Shown here: positions 35,479-44,792 of the stretch, in pieces
Numbering within the stretch: position 1 is the stretch's first letter
Layout of the letters: every line of letters starts with the position of its first letter
Assembly (NCBI GenBank): GCA_026996795.1
Contig: JALWKC010000089.1
Coordinates: 1 to 59,302 of the forward strand
From: Lysobacterales bacterium
Lineage (GTDB): Bacteria > Pseudomonadota > Gammaproteobacteria > Xanthomonadales > Marinicellaceae
Direction: 5' to 3'
Length of the DNA stretch: 59,302 nucleotides
Program-made: the position numbers and the translations under genes
The notes under the pieces: generated by a model
Databases searched by the model: none
What the model was told of the DNA's origin: nothing
What the model saw: the letters and a program-made list of their open reading frames with translations, nothing else

Positions 35479-36513
35479 ATGCCGAACCAAGGCGCAGTTA
35501 CCGGGGCCAACAGGGGCGAATCCAACGCCGCCAACACGCGCCTGTTGCGGCGTTTTTTCCCCGGGCTCAGCTCATTGAACGCCCGTGAAAGCCTGCCTAT
35601 TCACGCTCACTGGCGCCGCATTTTCATCCTGCCCACCGCCGCCGGGCTGTTTTTTGGTTTCAGCCTCATGCTGATGCTGGTCGCCAGCCTCAATTTCAAT
35701 AACAACATGGGCCTGATGCTGACTTTCTGGGCCATGGGACTGGCGCAGGTACTGCTGCTGGCCACTTTTCTGAACCTGCTCAATGTTCGCCTCATCGGCC
35801 TGCGGGCCGAACCGGTTCATGCCGGTGACAACGCTTGCGTGCACCTGAAACTCACTGCTCCTGAAAGCCGCACGGGCATCCAGCTGGGCTGGTCGCCTGT
35901 GGGGAAAAAGCAGAAACGAAAAAAACAGCCCAAGAGCGAACTCCTCGGCAGTCATTGCATTGAAGCCGATGGCACCGACATTTCCCTGCCCCTGCCCACC
36001 ACCCGGCGTGGCTGGATGGAACTGCCGCGTCTGAAAATCCACACACAGCACCCGGCAGGCCTGTTTACCGCCTGGGTGTATGCCCGGCCCAATGAACGGA
36101 TTCTGGTCTACCCCCGGCCCGAAGCCAGACCGCCTGCGTGGATCGTCGGTCAGGACAGCCAGGGCGTCACCTGGCATCACACCTCCGGCGATGACTTTGA
36201 TGGTGTCAGACCATACCAATATGGTGACCCGCTGCGGCTGGTGGCCTGGAAACGCAGTGCGCAGGTGCACGATCTGGTCAGCCGGGAGTACCACAGCAAC
36301 AGTGGAGAACGCATCACCTTTGACTGGTCGCAGGTGCAGCACCTGCCCCTGGAAACGGCCATTTCACGCCTGGCCGCCTGGGTCATGAAAGCCAACGACG
36401 CAGGGCTGAGTTACCGCCTGAATCTGCCGGGTTTTGATTCCGGCTACGGCCAGGGGCAAGGCCACCGGCACCACTGCCTCAGGGCCTTGGCCACCTTCGG
36501 ACTGAACCCATGA
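35479..36513 (+). CDS. DUF58-family protein (MoxR partner, vWA-related)
   Basis: Trimmed to ATG 35479. Two N-terminal TM helices and the DUF58 core RPYQYGDPLRLVAWKRSAQ. ATGA overlap with the next gene. Confidence 0.8.
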   Translation: MPNQGAVTGANRGESNAANTRLLRRFFPGLSSLNARESLPIHAHWRRIFILPTAAGLFFGFSLMLMLVASLNFNNNMGLMLTFWAMGLAQVLLLATFLNLLNVRLIGLRAEPVHAGDNACVHLKLTAPESRTGIQLGWSPVGKKQKRKKQPKSELLGSHCIEADGTDISLPLPTTRRGWMELPRLKIHTQHPAGLFTAWVYARPNERILVYPRPEARPPAWIVGQDSQGVTWHHTSGDDFDGVRPYQYGDPLRLVAWKRSAQVHDLVSREYHSNSGERITFDWSQVQHLPLETAISRLAAWVMKANDAGLSYRLNLPGFDSGYGQGQGHRHHCLRALATFGLNP

Positions 36514-38573
36514 GTTCAGTACTGAAGCGATCAAGGCACTGGCGACGAACGACTGGCAAAAACCCCGCCGGTGGCACCGGTACGGCACTCACCGCACCCC
36601 AGATGTTGTGGCTGCTGCTGGGCATTGCCCTGGCCATTCTGCCCCACTGGAGCAACCTGCCGACGTGGTTCTGGCCAGTGGCTGCACTGGTGTTGCTGTG
36701 GCGATTGCACTCACTGGAAAAACCGTTGCCGCGCTGGCAGGTGCTGCTGGTAACCAGCGCGGTGTTGCTGGCCATAGGCGTGTCCGCCGGTCGCGGCCTG
36801 AACCGGGAAATTGCCATCACGATTCTGGCCAGCATGGCGGTCCTCAAAACCCTGGAAACCCAAAGGCGCCGGGATGCATGGGTGTTGATCACACTGGGCT
36901 TTTTTCTGGTCATGACGCGTTTCTTTTATGGCCAGGACATGGTGTTGCTGCCTTGGCTGCTTCTCACGGTCGCCACCTTGACCTACGCGCTGTTGTGCCT
37001 CAACCAATGCCATGAGCCCTATCATGCGTCAAGGGCCTGGTTCGCCCCCAAAGTCCTGTATCAGGCCCTGCGTTACCTGCTTTTGGCCGTGCCAGTGGCC
37101 GCTGCCCTGTTTCTTTTTTTTCCACGCCTCGCCTCGCCGCTTTGGGGCTCACCGGAAATGTTTGGCCAGGGCAAAACCGGTCTGGGTGACAGCATGAGCC
37201 CCGGCTCCATTGCCGAGTTGTTTATGGATGACAGTCCGGCCATGCGAGTTAATTTTGCGGGCAAACGCCCTGATGCGGCGCAACTCTACTGGCGCGGTCC
37301 AGTGCTTGAGTCTTTTGATGGCACCACTTGGCACGCCATCGAATACTCCTTTGCCCGGCGTCCACCACCGCTGGTGGACCCACAGGCACAGGTAGCCTAC
37401 GATATTGAACTGGAACCCCACGGCCAGCATTTCCTGCCCGTACTGGACTATCCCTACCGCGTGCCCGAAAACGCCTTTTTGATGCCCGACCTGCACGTTC
37501 AACAAGCCACGCGCGTGACCCAACTCAAACATTATCGCGCTGTTTCACAAACCGTCACGCCCTTGCCGGATACCCTCCCGGCCCGACTGGCCCAGCGGCT
37601 GGTGATGCTGCCACGCCACGCCAACCCGAAAACCCGCGCCCTGATCAAACGCTGGCAGACACAAACGCCCGATAGCCTGGCGCTTGTTGAGCGAATTCTC
37701 ACCTGGTTCAATCAGGAAAACTTCATCTACACATTTACCCCACCACCGCTTAAAGGCGACACGGTGGATCAGTTTTTGTTTGAAACCCAGTCGGGTTTTT
37801 GCGAACACTACGCTTCAGCATTCACCGTCATGATGCGCATGGCCGGAGTGCCTGCCCGGGTGGTGACCGGCTATCAGGGTGGGCTGGACAACGGCAACTA
37901 CTGGCTGGTGCGGCAATCCGACGCCCACGCCTGGAGCGAAATCTGGCTCAAAGGGCGGGGCTGGCTGCGGGTGGACCCGACCGCGGCGGTAGCGCCTTCG
38001 CGTGTGCGTTCCGGTGCCCGCAGCTGGATGGATTCCGGTCGCACCTGGTACGACTACGGCTGGTTGCATCGTCTGCAACTGTCCCTGGACAGCTGGCGCT
38101 ATCGCTGGAATCGCTGGTTGCGGGATTACAATCAGGAGACTCAGCGCAAGCTATTGGAATCCCTTGGGGTGGATGACGACCAGCCCGCCGGCATGGCCTG
38201 GCTGATTGCCGGCGCCATTCTCACCAGTGGCCTGCTGGGCCTGTTCGCGCTGGGCTGGTCTCGACAGAAACGGCGGGTGCCGGATGCGGAAAAAATCTTT
38301 CGCCAGCTGGAAAAACAACTCAGCCGCCTGGGGCTGCCACGCGCGGCCCACGAAGGCCCGGCGACGTATCTGGAACGGGTCGCCCGACACTGGCCAAAGG
38401 CAGCAGCCAATGCCCGCCGTTTCGCGCGCGAATACGAAAGGTTGCGTTACGCGCCCGATGCGCACACGCTGACGGCCGCAGACAAGCCGCTGCAACGCCT
38501 GCAACACGCCGCTAAGAACCTGATAGCGCTTGTCCGCGGGACTTCAATGCCCGTTAAGGGAAACCCTGATTGA
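36510..38573 (+). CDS. tgpA: Transglutaminase-like membrane protein TgpA (DUF3488 + transglutaminase core + DUF4129-like tail)
   Basis: 687 aa with a polytopic N-terminus. Cys-His-Asp triad context GFCEHYA / DAHAWSE / RVDPT. The last 5 codons and the stop lie inside a MITE. Confidence 0.85.
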   Translation: MSSVLKRSRHWRRTTGKNPAGGTGTALTAPQMLWLLLGIALAILPHWSNLPTWFWPVAALVLLWRLHSLEKPLPRWQVLLVTSAVLLAIGVSAGRGLNREIAITILASMAVLKTLETQRRRDAWVLITLGFFLVMTRFFYGQDMVLLPWLLLTVATLTYALLCLNQCHEPYHASRAWFAPKVLYQALRYLLLAVPVAAALFLFFPRLASPLWGSPEMFGQGKTGLGDSMSPGSIAELFMDDSPAMRVNFAGKRPDAAQLYWRGPVLESFDGTTWHAIEYSFARRPPPLVDPQAQVAYDIELEPHGQHFLPVLDYPYRVPENAFLMPDLHVQQATRVTQLKHYRAVSQTVTPLPDTLPARLAQRLVMLPRHANPKTRALIKRWQTQTPDSLALVERILTWFNQENFIYTFTPPPLKGDTVDQFLFETQSGFCEHYASAFTVMMRMAGVPARVVTGYQGGLDNGNYWLVRQSDAHAWSEIWLKGRGWLRVDPTAAVAPSRVRSGARSWMDSGRTWYDYGWLHRLQLSLDSWRYRWNRWLRDYNQETQRKLLESLGVDDDQPAGMAWLIAGAILTSGLLGLFALGWSRQKRRVPDAEKIFRQLEKQLSRLGLPRAAHEGPATYLERVARHWPKAAANARRFAREYERLRYAPDAHTLTAADKPLQRLQHAAKNLIALVRGTSMPVKGNPD

Positions 38574-38720
38574 ATCGTGAACTCGCTTCTCACACCTGAA
38601 ATGTCCGATAACTGCGTTAAAGCCCTGACCAATAGCCAGCTATTGGCTGCGAACTTCGCCTTGTTCTCGAACATTTCCGACATAACCTGCTTCGTCCAGA
38701 TTCAATCAGAGCTCCCCTAA
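38554..38720 (-). mobile_element. MITE-like repeat, subfamily A, copy 2 (inverted; TTAA/CTAA flanks)
   Basis: Its reverse complement aligns with 4472-4637 and 48515-48680. Confidence 0.85.
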
Positions 38721-38764
38721 GCGAAAACCGGGCAACTGAGCCATCGAACGGACTGTCTGCCTGG

Positions 38765-40144
38765 TCAGTCCGGCATACGCTGGATCGACAGGGTTTTGGG
38801 CTTGTCGCAATCCACCTTATATTCAGCCTCACGCGTCACCGGCCCCACGGGTGTCAGCAGCACCAGTTTCTGCCTGCCCTGGACTTCGTATCGGGGGCGA
38901 TCCTGGCCAGAAGCCCCCGGCTGCCGAGCCAGTTTCATGCCGCCTTTGGGACGATCCACGGGTATCGACCAGGGGATCACGGGCTGAACGCCCGGCTGAT
39001 CAAATTTCAGCGCATAGACACCGGAGCGAACGCCCTTGTCGTTTTCAAAGTAATACCGCACTGTGCCAGGGCGCATGGACCGGACCTGACCACTAAACCG
39101 CACCACGCCCGGGCACTGGCCAATCAGCACCTTGGGCCGGGCCTTGAATTCGACAATGGAAACCGGTGCTCTGGGCTTGGGTGCCGGGGCAGCAGGACTG
39201 GCCGGTATGGGAGCGCGTGGCGGTTTTTTGGATTGACCGCCGGTGGGGGACTTGCCCTGAGCGGTGCGCATTACAATGCGATAGCGGGAACCAACATCAT
39301 TAACAGAGGCCACATGCCAATTTTTGCCAACCGGCAGCTTCAACTCTCTGGTGATGAAGGATGCCATGTGATCGCGCACCTGTGGGCGGTTCAGTGCCTG
39401 ACGCAGGCGATTGGTGACCAGGTCAACCACACTGTCTGACAACACTTTTCGCACCTTCTGGCATTGATTGGCAAAGTGTTGTCCGGCCAGATTCTCGGCA
39501 AAGGCGCCCATGGCGTAGCTGACCCACTGCATGGCGTTGATGGTGCGGCACAGGCCCTTGGGCACCTTGATGTCTGCCGTCAGGCTCACATCCTGCGGGC
39601 GCAGTGGCGCAAAGCCAAGCCGTCCCTTGACCTGGGCAGGACGCAGGTGAACGATGGCCCGGGCATTATCGAACTGAATGTCCCGCGTGCCCCGGTATTC
39701 GCAATTATCCTTGCCATCGAAAGTTCTGCGGGTGCATTTTCCCTTAATTTCATTGCCCGTGCTTTCAAATTCCATGATCAGCTTGATACCGCCTTTTTCA
39801 GGCACCACGCGGGTACGATCCAGTGCCAGTTCGTTGATAAAGTAATGCCAGTAGCGCCGCCCCACCGGCGTCCCAAACAGCAGGTGAAACCGGGGCACAT
39901 CAAAATGGATGGTTTCCCCGTTTGGTAGCGTCATATAGCTTTGCTGGCGATACCATTGTGACTTTTTTTTGCCCCCGTAATTATCGATTTTCAGGTCCAG
40001 GCCTGAAAACAGATTACGACTGGCCGCCACGAGTTTTTCCGTTGGCACCTCAACCACCTTTTCAGCCGCCAACACTGTTTCGGCCAGCAACACACACAGG
40101 CCAGCAAGGGCGAACCAGACAAAAGAATCAATGCGTTTTTTCAT
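38765..40144 (-). CDS. Orphan exported protein, no recognisable domain
   Basis: Trimmed to ATG 40144 (MKKRIDSFVWFALAGLCVLLAETVLAAEK signal; G-rich Shine-Dalgarno). Two domains are separated by the Pro/Ala linker KKPPRAPIPASPAAPAPKPRAP. Confidence 0.6.
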   Translation of the reverse strand: MKKRIDSFVWFALAGLCVLLAETVLAAEKVVEVPTEKLVAASRNLFSGLDLKIDNYGGKKKSQWYRQQSYMTLPNGETIHFDVPRFHLLFGTPVGRRYWHYFINELALDRTRVVPEKGGIKLIMEFESTGNEIKGKCTRRTFDGKDNCEYRGTRDIQFDNARAIVHLRPAQVKGRLGFAPLRPQDVSLTADIKVPKGLCRTINAMQWVSYAMGAFAENLAGQHFANQCQKVRKVLSDSVVDLVTNRLRQALNRPQVRDHMASFITRELKLPVGKNWHVASVNDVGSRYRIVMRTAQGKSPTGGQSKKPPRAPIPASPAAPAPKPRAPVSIVEFKARPKVLIGQCPGVVRFSGQVRSMRPGTVRYYFENDKGVRSGVYALKFDQPGVQPVIPWSIPVDRPKGGMKLARQPGASGQDRPRYEVQGRQKLVLLTPVGPVTREAEYKVDCDKPKTLSIQRMPD

Positions 40145-40351
40145 GACTTTACCCCCCATGGTTAATCGTTCAAAAAACACCTGAACCAGCCAGTACCAAC
40201 TATTTTCGACAGATCCCGGCTGCTTACGGCAGGCAAAATAATAGCACTGAAGGCTGAACGCACGCCAACTGCCAAGCACGAAAAAATCGGCAATCGGTCA
40301 CAGGAAGATATGGAATAAACAGAAAACGGATGGAAAAACAAAAACGGCGCC

Positions 40352-40975
40352 TTATGGTGATTGGTGTTTGAGCGCGCGGCGGTATTGCTGGTTGATGTAG
40401 GTCATCAGATCGTGACCAAGGAAATAGGCATTCACGTGATCCACATAGGGCTTGGCTTTTTTGATCTGGCCTCGGGTCAGATAAGTGTTCACCAGCGCCA
40501 AAATGGCTTCCGGCAACTGCGGGTTTTCTGGTGATTTATTCATGATATTTTTGATCAGGAAAACCGCCGAGTTCTCATGGCCATGAGCGGCAAAATTGGC
40601 CGCCAGCTTTAACAGCAGGTCTTCTGACAAATCAATCCGGCCCTGAGTGGTGGTGGTATACACCATGTAATCGTCATGCAGCTGCTCACCGGAGACACCC
40701 TGTTGCAAGGCAAGTGTGAAATAGTGATTGGCGGCCTGGTGATAATGCTTGTCGAAGGGAATGAACTGCCCCACCTCGAAGCAGCGGCGCGCCAGAGACA
40801 AATCGGAGTGATTCTTGCGACACGCTTTCAGGAGCTTTTTCATGGCCCGCTTGAAGCGTCCTTTGTCGATCAGTTTGTCGATTTTTTCTGGGCCAGAAGC
40901 AAAAAACACCGCACAACACCTGATAAGACGGGAGCCGGGATTATAACATTCCGGCTTCGGCCATTGAGAACTCAT
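40352..40975 (-). CDS. Hypothetical helical-repeat protein
   Basis: 207-aa ORF with no recognisable motif. The ATG at 40975 overlaps the radC 3' end by 35 nt. An alternative ATG lies at 40843. Confidence 0.45.
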   Translation of the reverse strand: MSSQWPKPECYNPGSRLIRCCAVFFASGPEKIDKLIDKGRFKRAMKKLLKACRKNHSDLSLARRCFEVGQFIPFDKHYHQAANHYFTLALQQGVSGEQLHDDYMVYTTTTQGRIDLSEDLLLKLAANFAAHGHENSAVFLIKNIMNKSPENPQLPEAILALVNTYLTRGQIKKAKPYVDHVNAYFLGHDLMTYINQQYRRALKHQSP

Positions 40976-41615
40976 TGTTGTAGCCGATCACAAAATGATC
41001 AAGCACCCGCACATCCAGTGTGTCCAGCAGATTCACCAAGCGGCGCGTGATGGCAATGTCCTGCTGGCTGGGATCACTCACACCCGAGGGGTGATTATGG
41101 GCAAAAATGACCGCTGCTGCGTTCAAGCGTAGGCATTGTTCGGCAATCACGCGCGGATGCACCGAGGCGCCATCCACCGTGCCCTGAAACAGATCGCGAC
41201 AGGCGATCAGGCGGTTCTTGTTGTCCAGAAACAAGCAGGCAAACACTTCGTGCTTGCGGCCGGAAAAATGCCCACGTAAAAAGCGGGTGACGGCTTTCGG
41301 GCTGGAAAAACCATCAGGTCGGCCCAGCGCGGCCTTGTGATGCCGCAGCATCAATTCCGAGGCCGCTTGCAACTGACAATATTTAGCCTGCCCCAACCCT
41401 TTGATTTGACAAAAACTGTCACAGTCGGCATCAATGATGTTTTTCACGTTGCCAAAACGGGCCAGCAGATCACCAGCCAGTTCCATCACGGAGCGCCCGG
41501 CCGTTCCGGTGCGCAGAAAGATGGCCAATAACTCGGTGTCGCTAAGCGCCGCCGCGCCATGAGCCAGCAAGCGCTCCCGTGGCCTCTCGTGCCTGGGCCA
41601 ATGGTTTTCTCTCAT
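40941..41615 (-). CDS. radC: RadC-family JAB-domain protein
   Basis: Trimmed to ATG 41615, giving MRENHWPRHERPRERLL..., the typical RadC N-terminus. Also LSDTELLAIFLRTG and the JAMM motif HNHPSG. Confidence 0.85.
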   Translation of the reverse strand: MRENHWPRHERPRERLLAHGAAALSDTELLAIFLRTGTAGRSVMELAGDLLARFGNVKNIIDADCDSFCQIKGLGQAKYCQLQAASELMLRHHKAALGRPDGFSSPKAVTRFLRGHFSGRKHEVFACLFLDNKNRLIACRDLFQGTVDGASVHPRVIAEQCLRLNAAAVIFAHNHPSGVSDPSQQDIAITRRLVNLLDTLDVRVLDHFVIGYNNEFSMAEAGML

Positions 41616-41735
41616 CAAAACGATTCCGGGCAAAAAATGTCAGTATATTCCTGTTGGCAGGGCCTGACGATGGGCAAACACTGGTAGTAACGTAGGAATT
41701 CTGCCACCAATGTCACATTGTTGAACCGCTGTCGG

Positions 41736-41764
41736 TTTACACTCACAAGGGCATACGTTAATAT
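41736..41764 (+). promoter_or_regulatory. Putative sigma70 promoter (TTTACA-N17-TAATAT) upstream of dut
   Basis: -35 at 41736-41741 and -10 at 41759-41764, about 100 nt upstream of the dut ATG. Confidence 0.35.
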
Positions 41765-41862
41765 GCTGGCGATAAACCTGCGCACTGGGGAGAATGCACC
41801 GGCCACCGCGGCGTTCGCCCTGCTAACTATTCACGCCATTTCAGGGGATCACGGACGACGAC

Positions 41863-42318
41863 ATGAAAGACATTGACATCAAAATTCTCGACCCGCGACT
41901 GGGCACCAAATTCGAACTGCCCAAACGCGCCACTACAGGCTCGGCCGGTATTGACCTGCGGGCCTGCGTTGATGACCACCTGACCATCGAACCGGACCAG
42001 ACCGAGCTAATTCCCACCGGCATGGCCATGCACATCAAGGACCCGTCCGTCGCTGCACTGATTCTGCCGCGATCGGGCCTGGGCCACCGCCATGGCCTGG
42101 TGCTGGGCAACCTGGTGGGCCTGATTGACAGCGACTACCAAGGGCAGTTGTTCGTCTCCTGCTGGAATCGCAGCAACACCCCCTACACCATTGAAGCCGG
42201 TGAGCGCATTGCGCAAATGATCCTGGTGCCGGTGATCCAGGCCCGCCTGAACGTGGTGGAGAGCTTTGAGGAAAGCGATCGCGGCGCGGGCGGCTTTGGC
42301 TCCTCAGGCAGTCACTGA
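41863..42318 (+). CDS. dut: dUTP diphosphatase
   Basis: 151 aa. [14 protein letters not shown]...[10 protein letters not shown] ... GFGSSG. Confidence 0.95.
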   Translation: MKDIDIKILDPRLGTKFELPKRATTGSAGIDLRACVDDHLTIEPDQTELIPTGMAMHIKDPSVAALILPRSGLGHRHGLVLGNLVGLIDSDYQGQLFVSCWNRSNTPYTIEAGERIAQMILVPVIQARLNVVESFEESDRGAGGFGSSGSH

Positions 42319-42410
42319 CCCTTAAAAAACAGGCAAAAAATAACAGGCTGACGAAAAAACCACAAAAACCAGAAACCACCCAAACTCACTCCATAAACGG
42401 ACCCAATCCC

Positions 42411-44792
42411 ATGAACGAACCCAAAGCCCTGCAAGGCAGCAAAAAGGAAGGCGAACTGATCGGCAATGTGCTGTTTCTTGTGGGAGCAGTGGCCGCTTTG
42501 GGACTGGTGTTTCTGTTTTCCCTCGCGTTGTGGAAGCAATACGGTCAGCACCGTCTCGAATCGCAGCTCAAAACCGGCGCCAAAGCCATCTATGAACAGG
42601 TCGACCGTAACCTGAAACAGGTGCAGGGCCAGTTGGACAGCGCCATTGTAAACACCTTTGGTGACCCACCCCGGTATGACCCCGTTCGCAAGGCGGAGAT
42701 GGAAAAACAGCTCAGCAAGAGTTTGCCTGGCAGCCTGCGGATACAGATCATTGACCAGCCTTTAAGCAGCATCACCCCTCAGCCGGGCTTTCCGCAAATC
42801 AATTTCGCCACCCTCGACATGCTGCAGGAGGCCGAAACCACGGGCAAGAGCCCCTTGCCGGAAATTCACCTGTACGGTCAGAAGGAACAATACCTGAATT
42901 TTGTGCACGTCATTGACCCGCAGCGAAAAATCTATCTGTTGAGCAGCTTTCCAGTAGACCCCCTGTTAAAAAACCTGGACAAAAGCGGCGTCGACAAAGG
43001 CCAGATCACCCTGATGCAGAATGCCGGCAAATACAGCAACGTGTCGCTGTTGTTATGGGGTAAGGCCTCCGCTTCCAGCCATCAGTCGCATAAACTCAAA
43101 GTGCCCGGCAGTTACTTCCAGGTCGGCTATCGCTACGATCGCGAAAACAGCGCCTTGATGGACCTGCCGTGGTATTCCCTGCTCATAGGCAGTCTGGCCG
43201 GGCTGGTGGCCTTCGGCGGATTAAGCCTTTTGTTCTGGCGTGCCTACCAGCAACGCAAACTGGCCAGCCACGAACACGATGATTACGTGCCCATCAAAAA
43301 CCCCACAGCCAGTAGGCCAGCGGGAATACTGCAAGCCGATGATGAAGAGGAAGATTTTGACGAGGGAATTGCGGATCATAGCGGCCCCCAATTACCACCG
43401 ACACCTGCCATGCCCCATTCCGCTCTTGATCCCTCCATTTTCCGCGCTTATGACATCCGTGGCGTGGTCGACGAAAGCCTGACCGAAGACACCGTGCGTC
43501 TCATTGGCCAGTCCATTGGCAGCGAATGCATCGACCGCGGTGGCAAGGAAATCGTGGTGGCCCGCGATGGTCGCCTTTCCGGCCCACGCCTGCAGCAGGC
43601 GCTGATTGAAGGCATCAACGCCGCCGGCTGCGATGTGATCGACATTGGCGCCGTGCCCACCGGTGTGCTGTATTTCGCCACCCACCACCTGGACACCGGC
43701 AGTGGCGTCATGGTCACCGGCAGCCACAATCCGCCCGATTACAACGGTCTCAAAACCATGTTGCTGGGCGACACACTGGCCGGCGATGACATCACCGCCC
43801 TTTATGAACGCATCGTCGATGGCCGCCTGCACAGCGGTGATGGGCGCACCCAGCAAATGGACATTGTGGATGACTACATCGACTTCGTCTCCTCAGACAT
43901 TCAACTGGAAAACAGCCCCCGTGTGGTAGTGGACTGCGGCAACGGCATTGGCGGCGCGCTGGCGCCTCAACTGCTGGAAGAAATCGGTTGCGAAGTGGTG
44001 CCGCTGCACTGTGAGGTCGATGGCAATTTCCCCAACCATCACCCCGACCCCAGCGTGCCGGAAAACCTCCATGACCTGATTGCCACGGTCAAGGCCATGG
44101 ACGCCGACATTGGCATTGCCTTTGATGGCGACGCCGATCGCCTGGGCGTGGTCAGCAAAGACGGCGAAATCATTTATTCCGACCGCCTGCTGATGCTGTT
44201 TGCCAAAGACGTGCTCACCCGACAACCCGGCTCGGCCATTATTTTCGATGTGAAATGCACCGGCCACCTGCCCAAAATGATCGTGCAGTACGGCGGCATG
44301 CCCATCATGTGGAAAACCGGGCATTCCTTCATGAAAACCAAGCTCAAGGAAACCGGTGCGGCACTGGCTGGAGAAATGAGTGGTCATTTCTTCTTCAAGG
44401 AGCGCTGGTTTGGCTTTGACGATGGCATTTATGCCGCCGCCCGATTGCTGGAAATACTTGATCAGGACGACCACCTGCCCGAGGAAGTCTTTGCCGAACT
44501 GCCCAAAGGCGTCAGCACACCCGAGCTGAAAGTGGAAATGAACGAAGGTGAGCATTACGCTTTTATGGAACAATTTCAGCAACAGGCTGAATTCCCTGAC
44601 GCCCACATCACCACCATTGATGGCATCCGGGCCGATTTTGGCGACGGCTGGGGGCTGGTTCGCTGCTCCAACACCACGCCCTGCCTGGTGCTGCGTTTCG
44701 ACGCCGACAATGAAGAGAGCCTCAAACGCATTCAGGAGGAATTCCGCACCCAACTGCTGAAACTGAAACCGGACCTGAAACTCCCTTTTTAA
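42411..44792 (+). CDS. algC: Phosphomannomutase/phosphoglucomutase (AlgC-type) with a 333-aa N-terminal membrane-anchored extension
   Basis: The C-terminal 460 aa is canonical PMM/PGM (IFRAYDIRG, TGSHNPPDYNG, FDGDADR). The upstream 333 codons are in frame with no stop and contain two hydrophobic segments. Confidence 0.8.
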   Translation: MNEPKALQGSKKEGELIGNVLFLVGAVAALGLVFLFSLALWKQYGQHRLESQLKTGAKAIYEQVDRNLKQVQGQLDSAIVNTFGDPPRYDPVRKAEMEKQLSKSLPGSLRIQIIDQPLSSITPQPGFPQINFATLDMLQEAETTGKSPLPEIHLYGQKEQYLNFVHVIDPQRKIYLLSSFPVDPLLKNLDKSGVDKGQITLMQNAGKYSNVSLLLWGKASASSHQSHKLKVPGSYFQVGYRYDRENSALMDLPWYSLLIGSLAGLVAFGGLSLLFWRAYQQRKLASHEHDDYVPIKNPTASRPAGILQADDEEEDFDEGIADHSGPQLPPTPAMPHSALDPSIFRAYDIRGVVDESLTEDTVRLIGQSIGSECIDRGGKEIVVARDGRLSGPRLQQALIEGINAAGCDVIDIGAVPTGVLYFATHHLDTGSGVMVTGSHNPPDYNGLKTMLLGDTLAGDDITALYERIVDGRLHSGDGRTQQMDIVDDYIDFVSSDIQLENSPRVVVDCGNGIGGALAPQLLEEIGCEVVPLHCEVDGNFPNHHPDPSVPENLHDLIATVKAMDADIGIAFDGDADRLGVVSKDGEIIYSDRLLMLFAKDVLTRQPGSAIIFDVKCTGHLPKMIVQYGGMPIMWKTGHSFMKTKLKETGAALAGEMSGHFFFKERWFGFDDGIYAAARLLEILDQDDHLPEEVFAELPKGVSTPELKVEMNEGEHYAFMEQFQQQAEFPDAHITTIDGIRADFGDGWGLVRCSNTTPCLVLRFDADNEESLKRIQEEFRTQLLKLKPDLKLPF

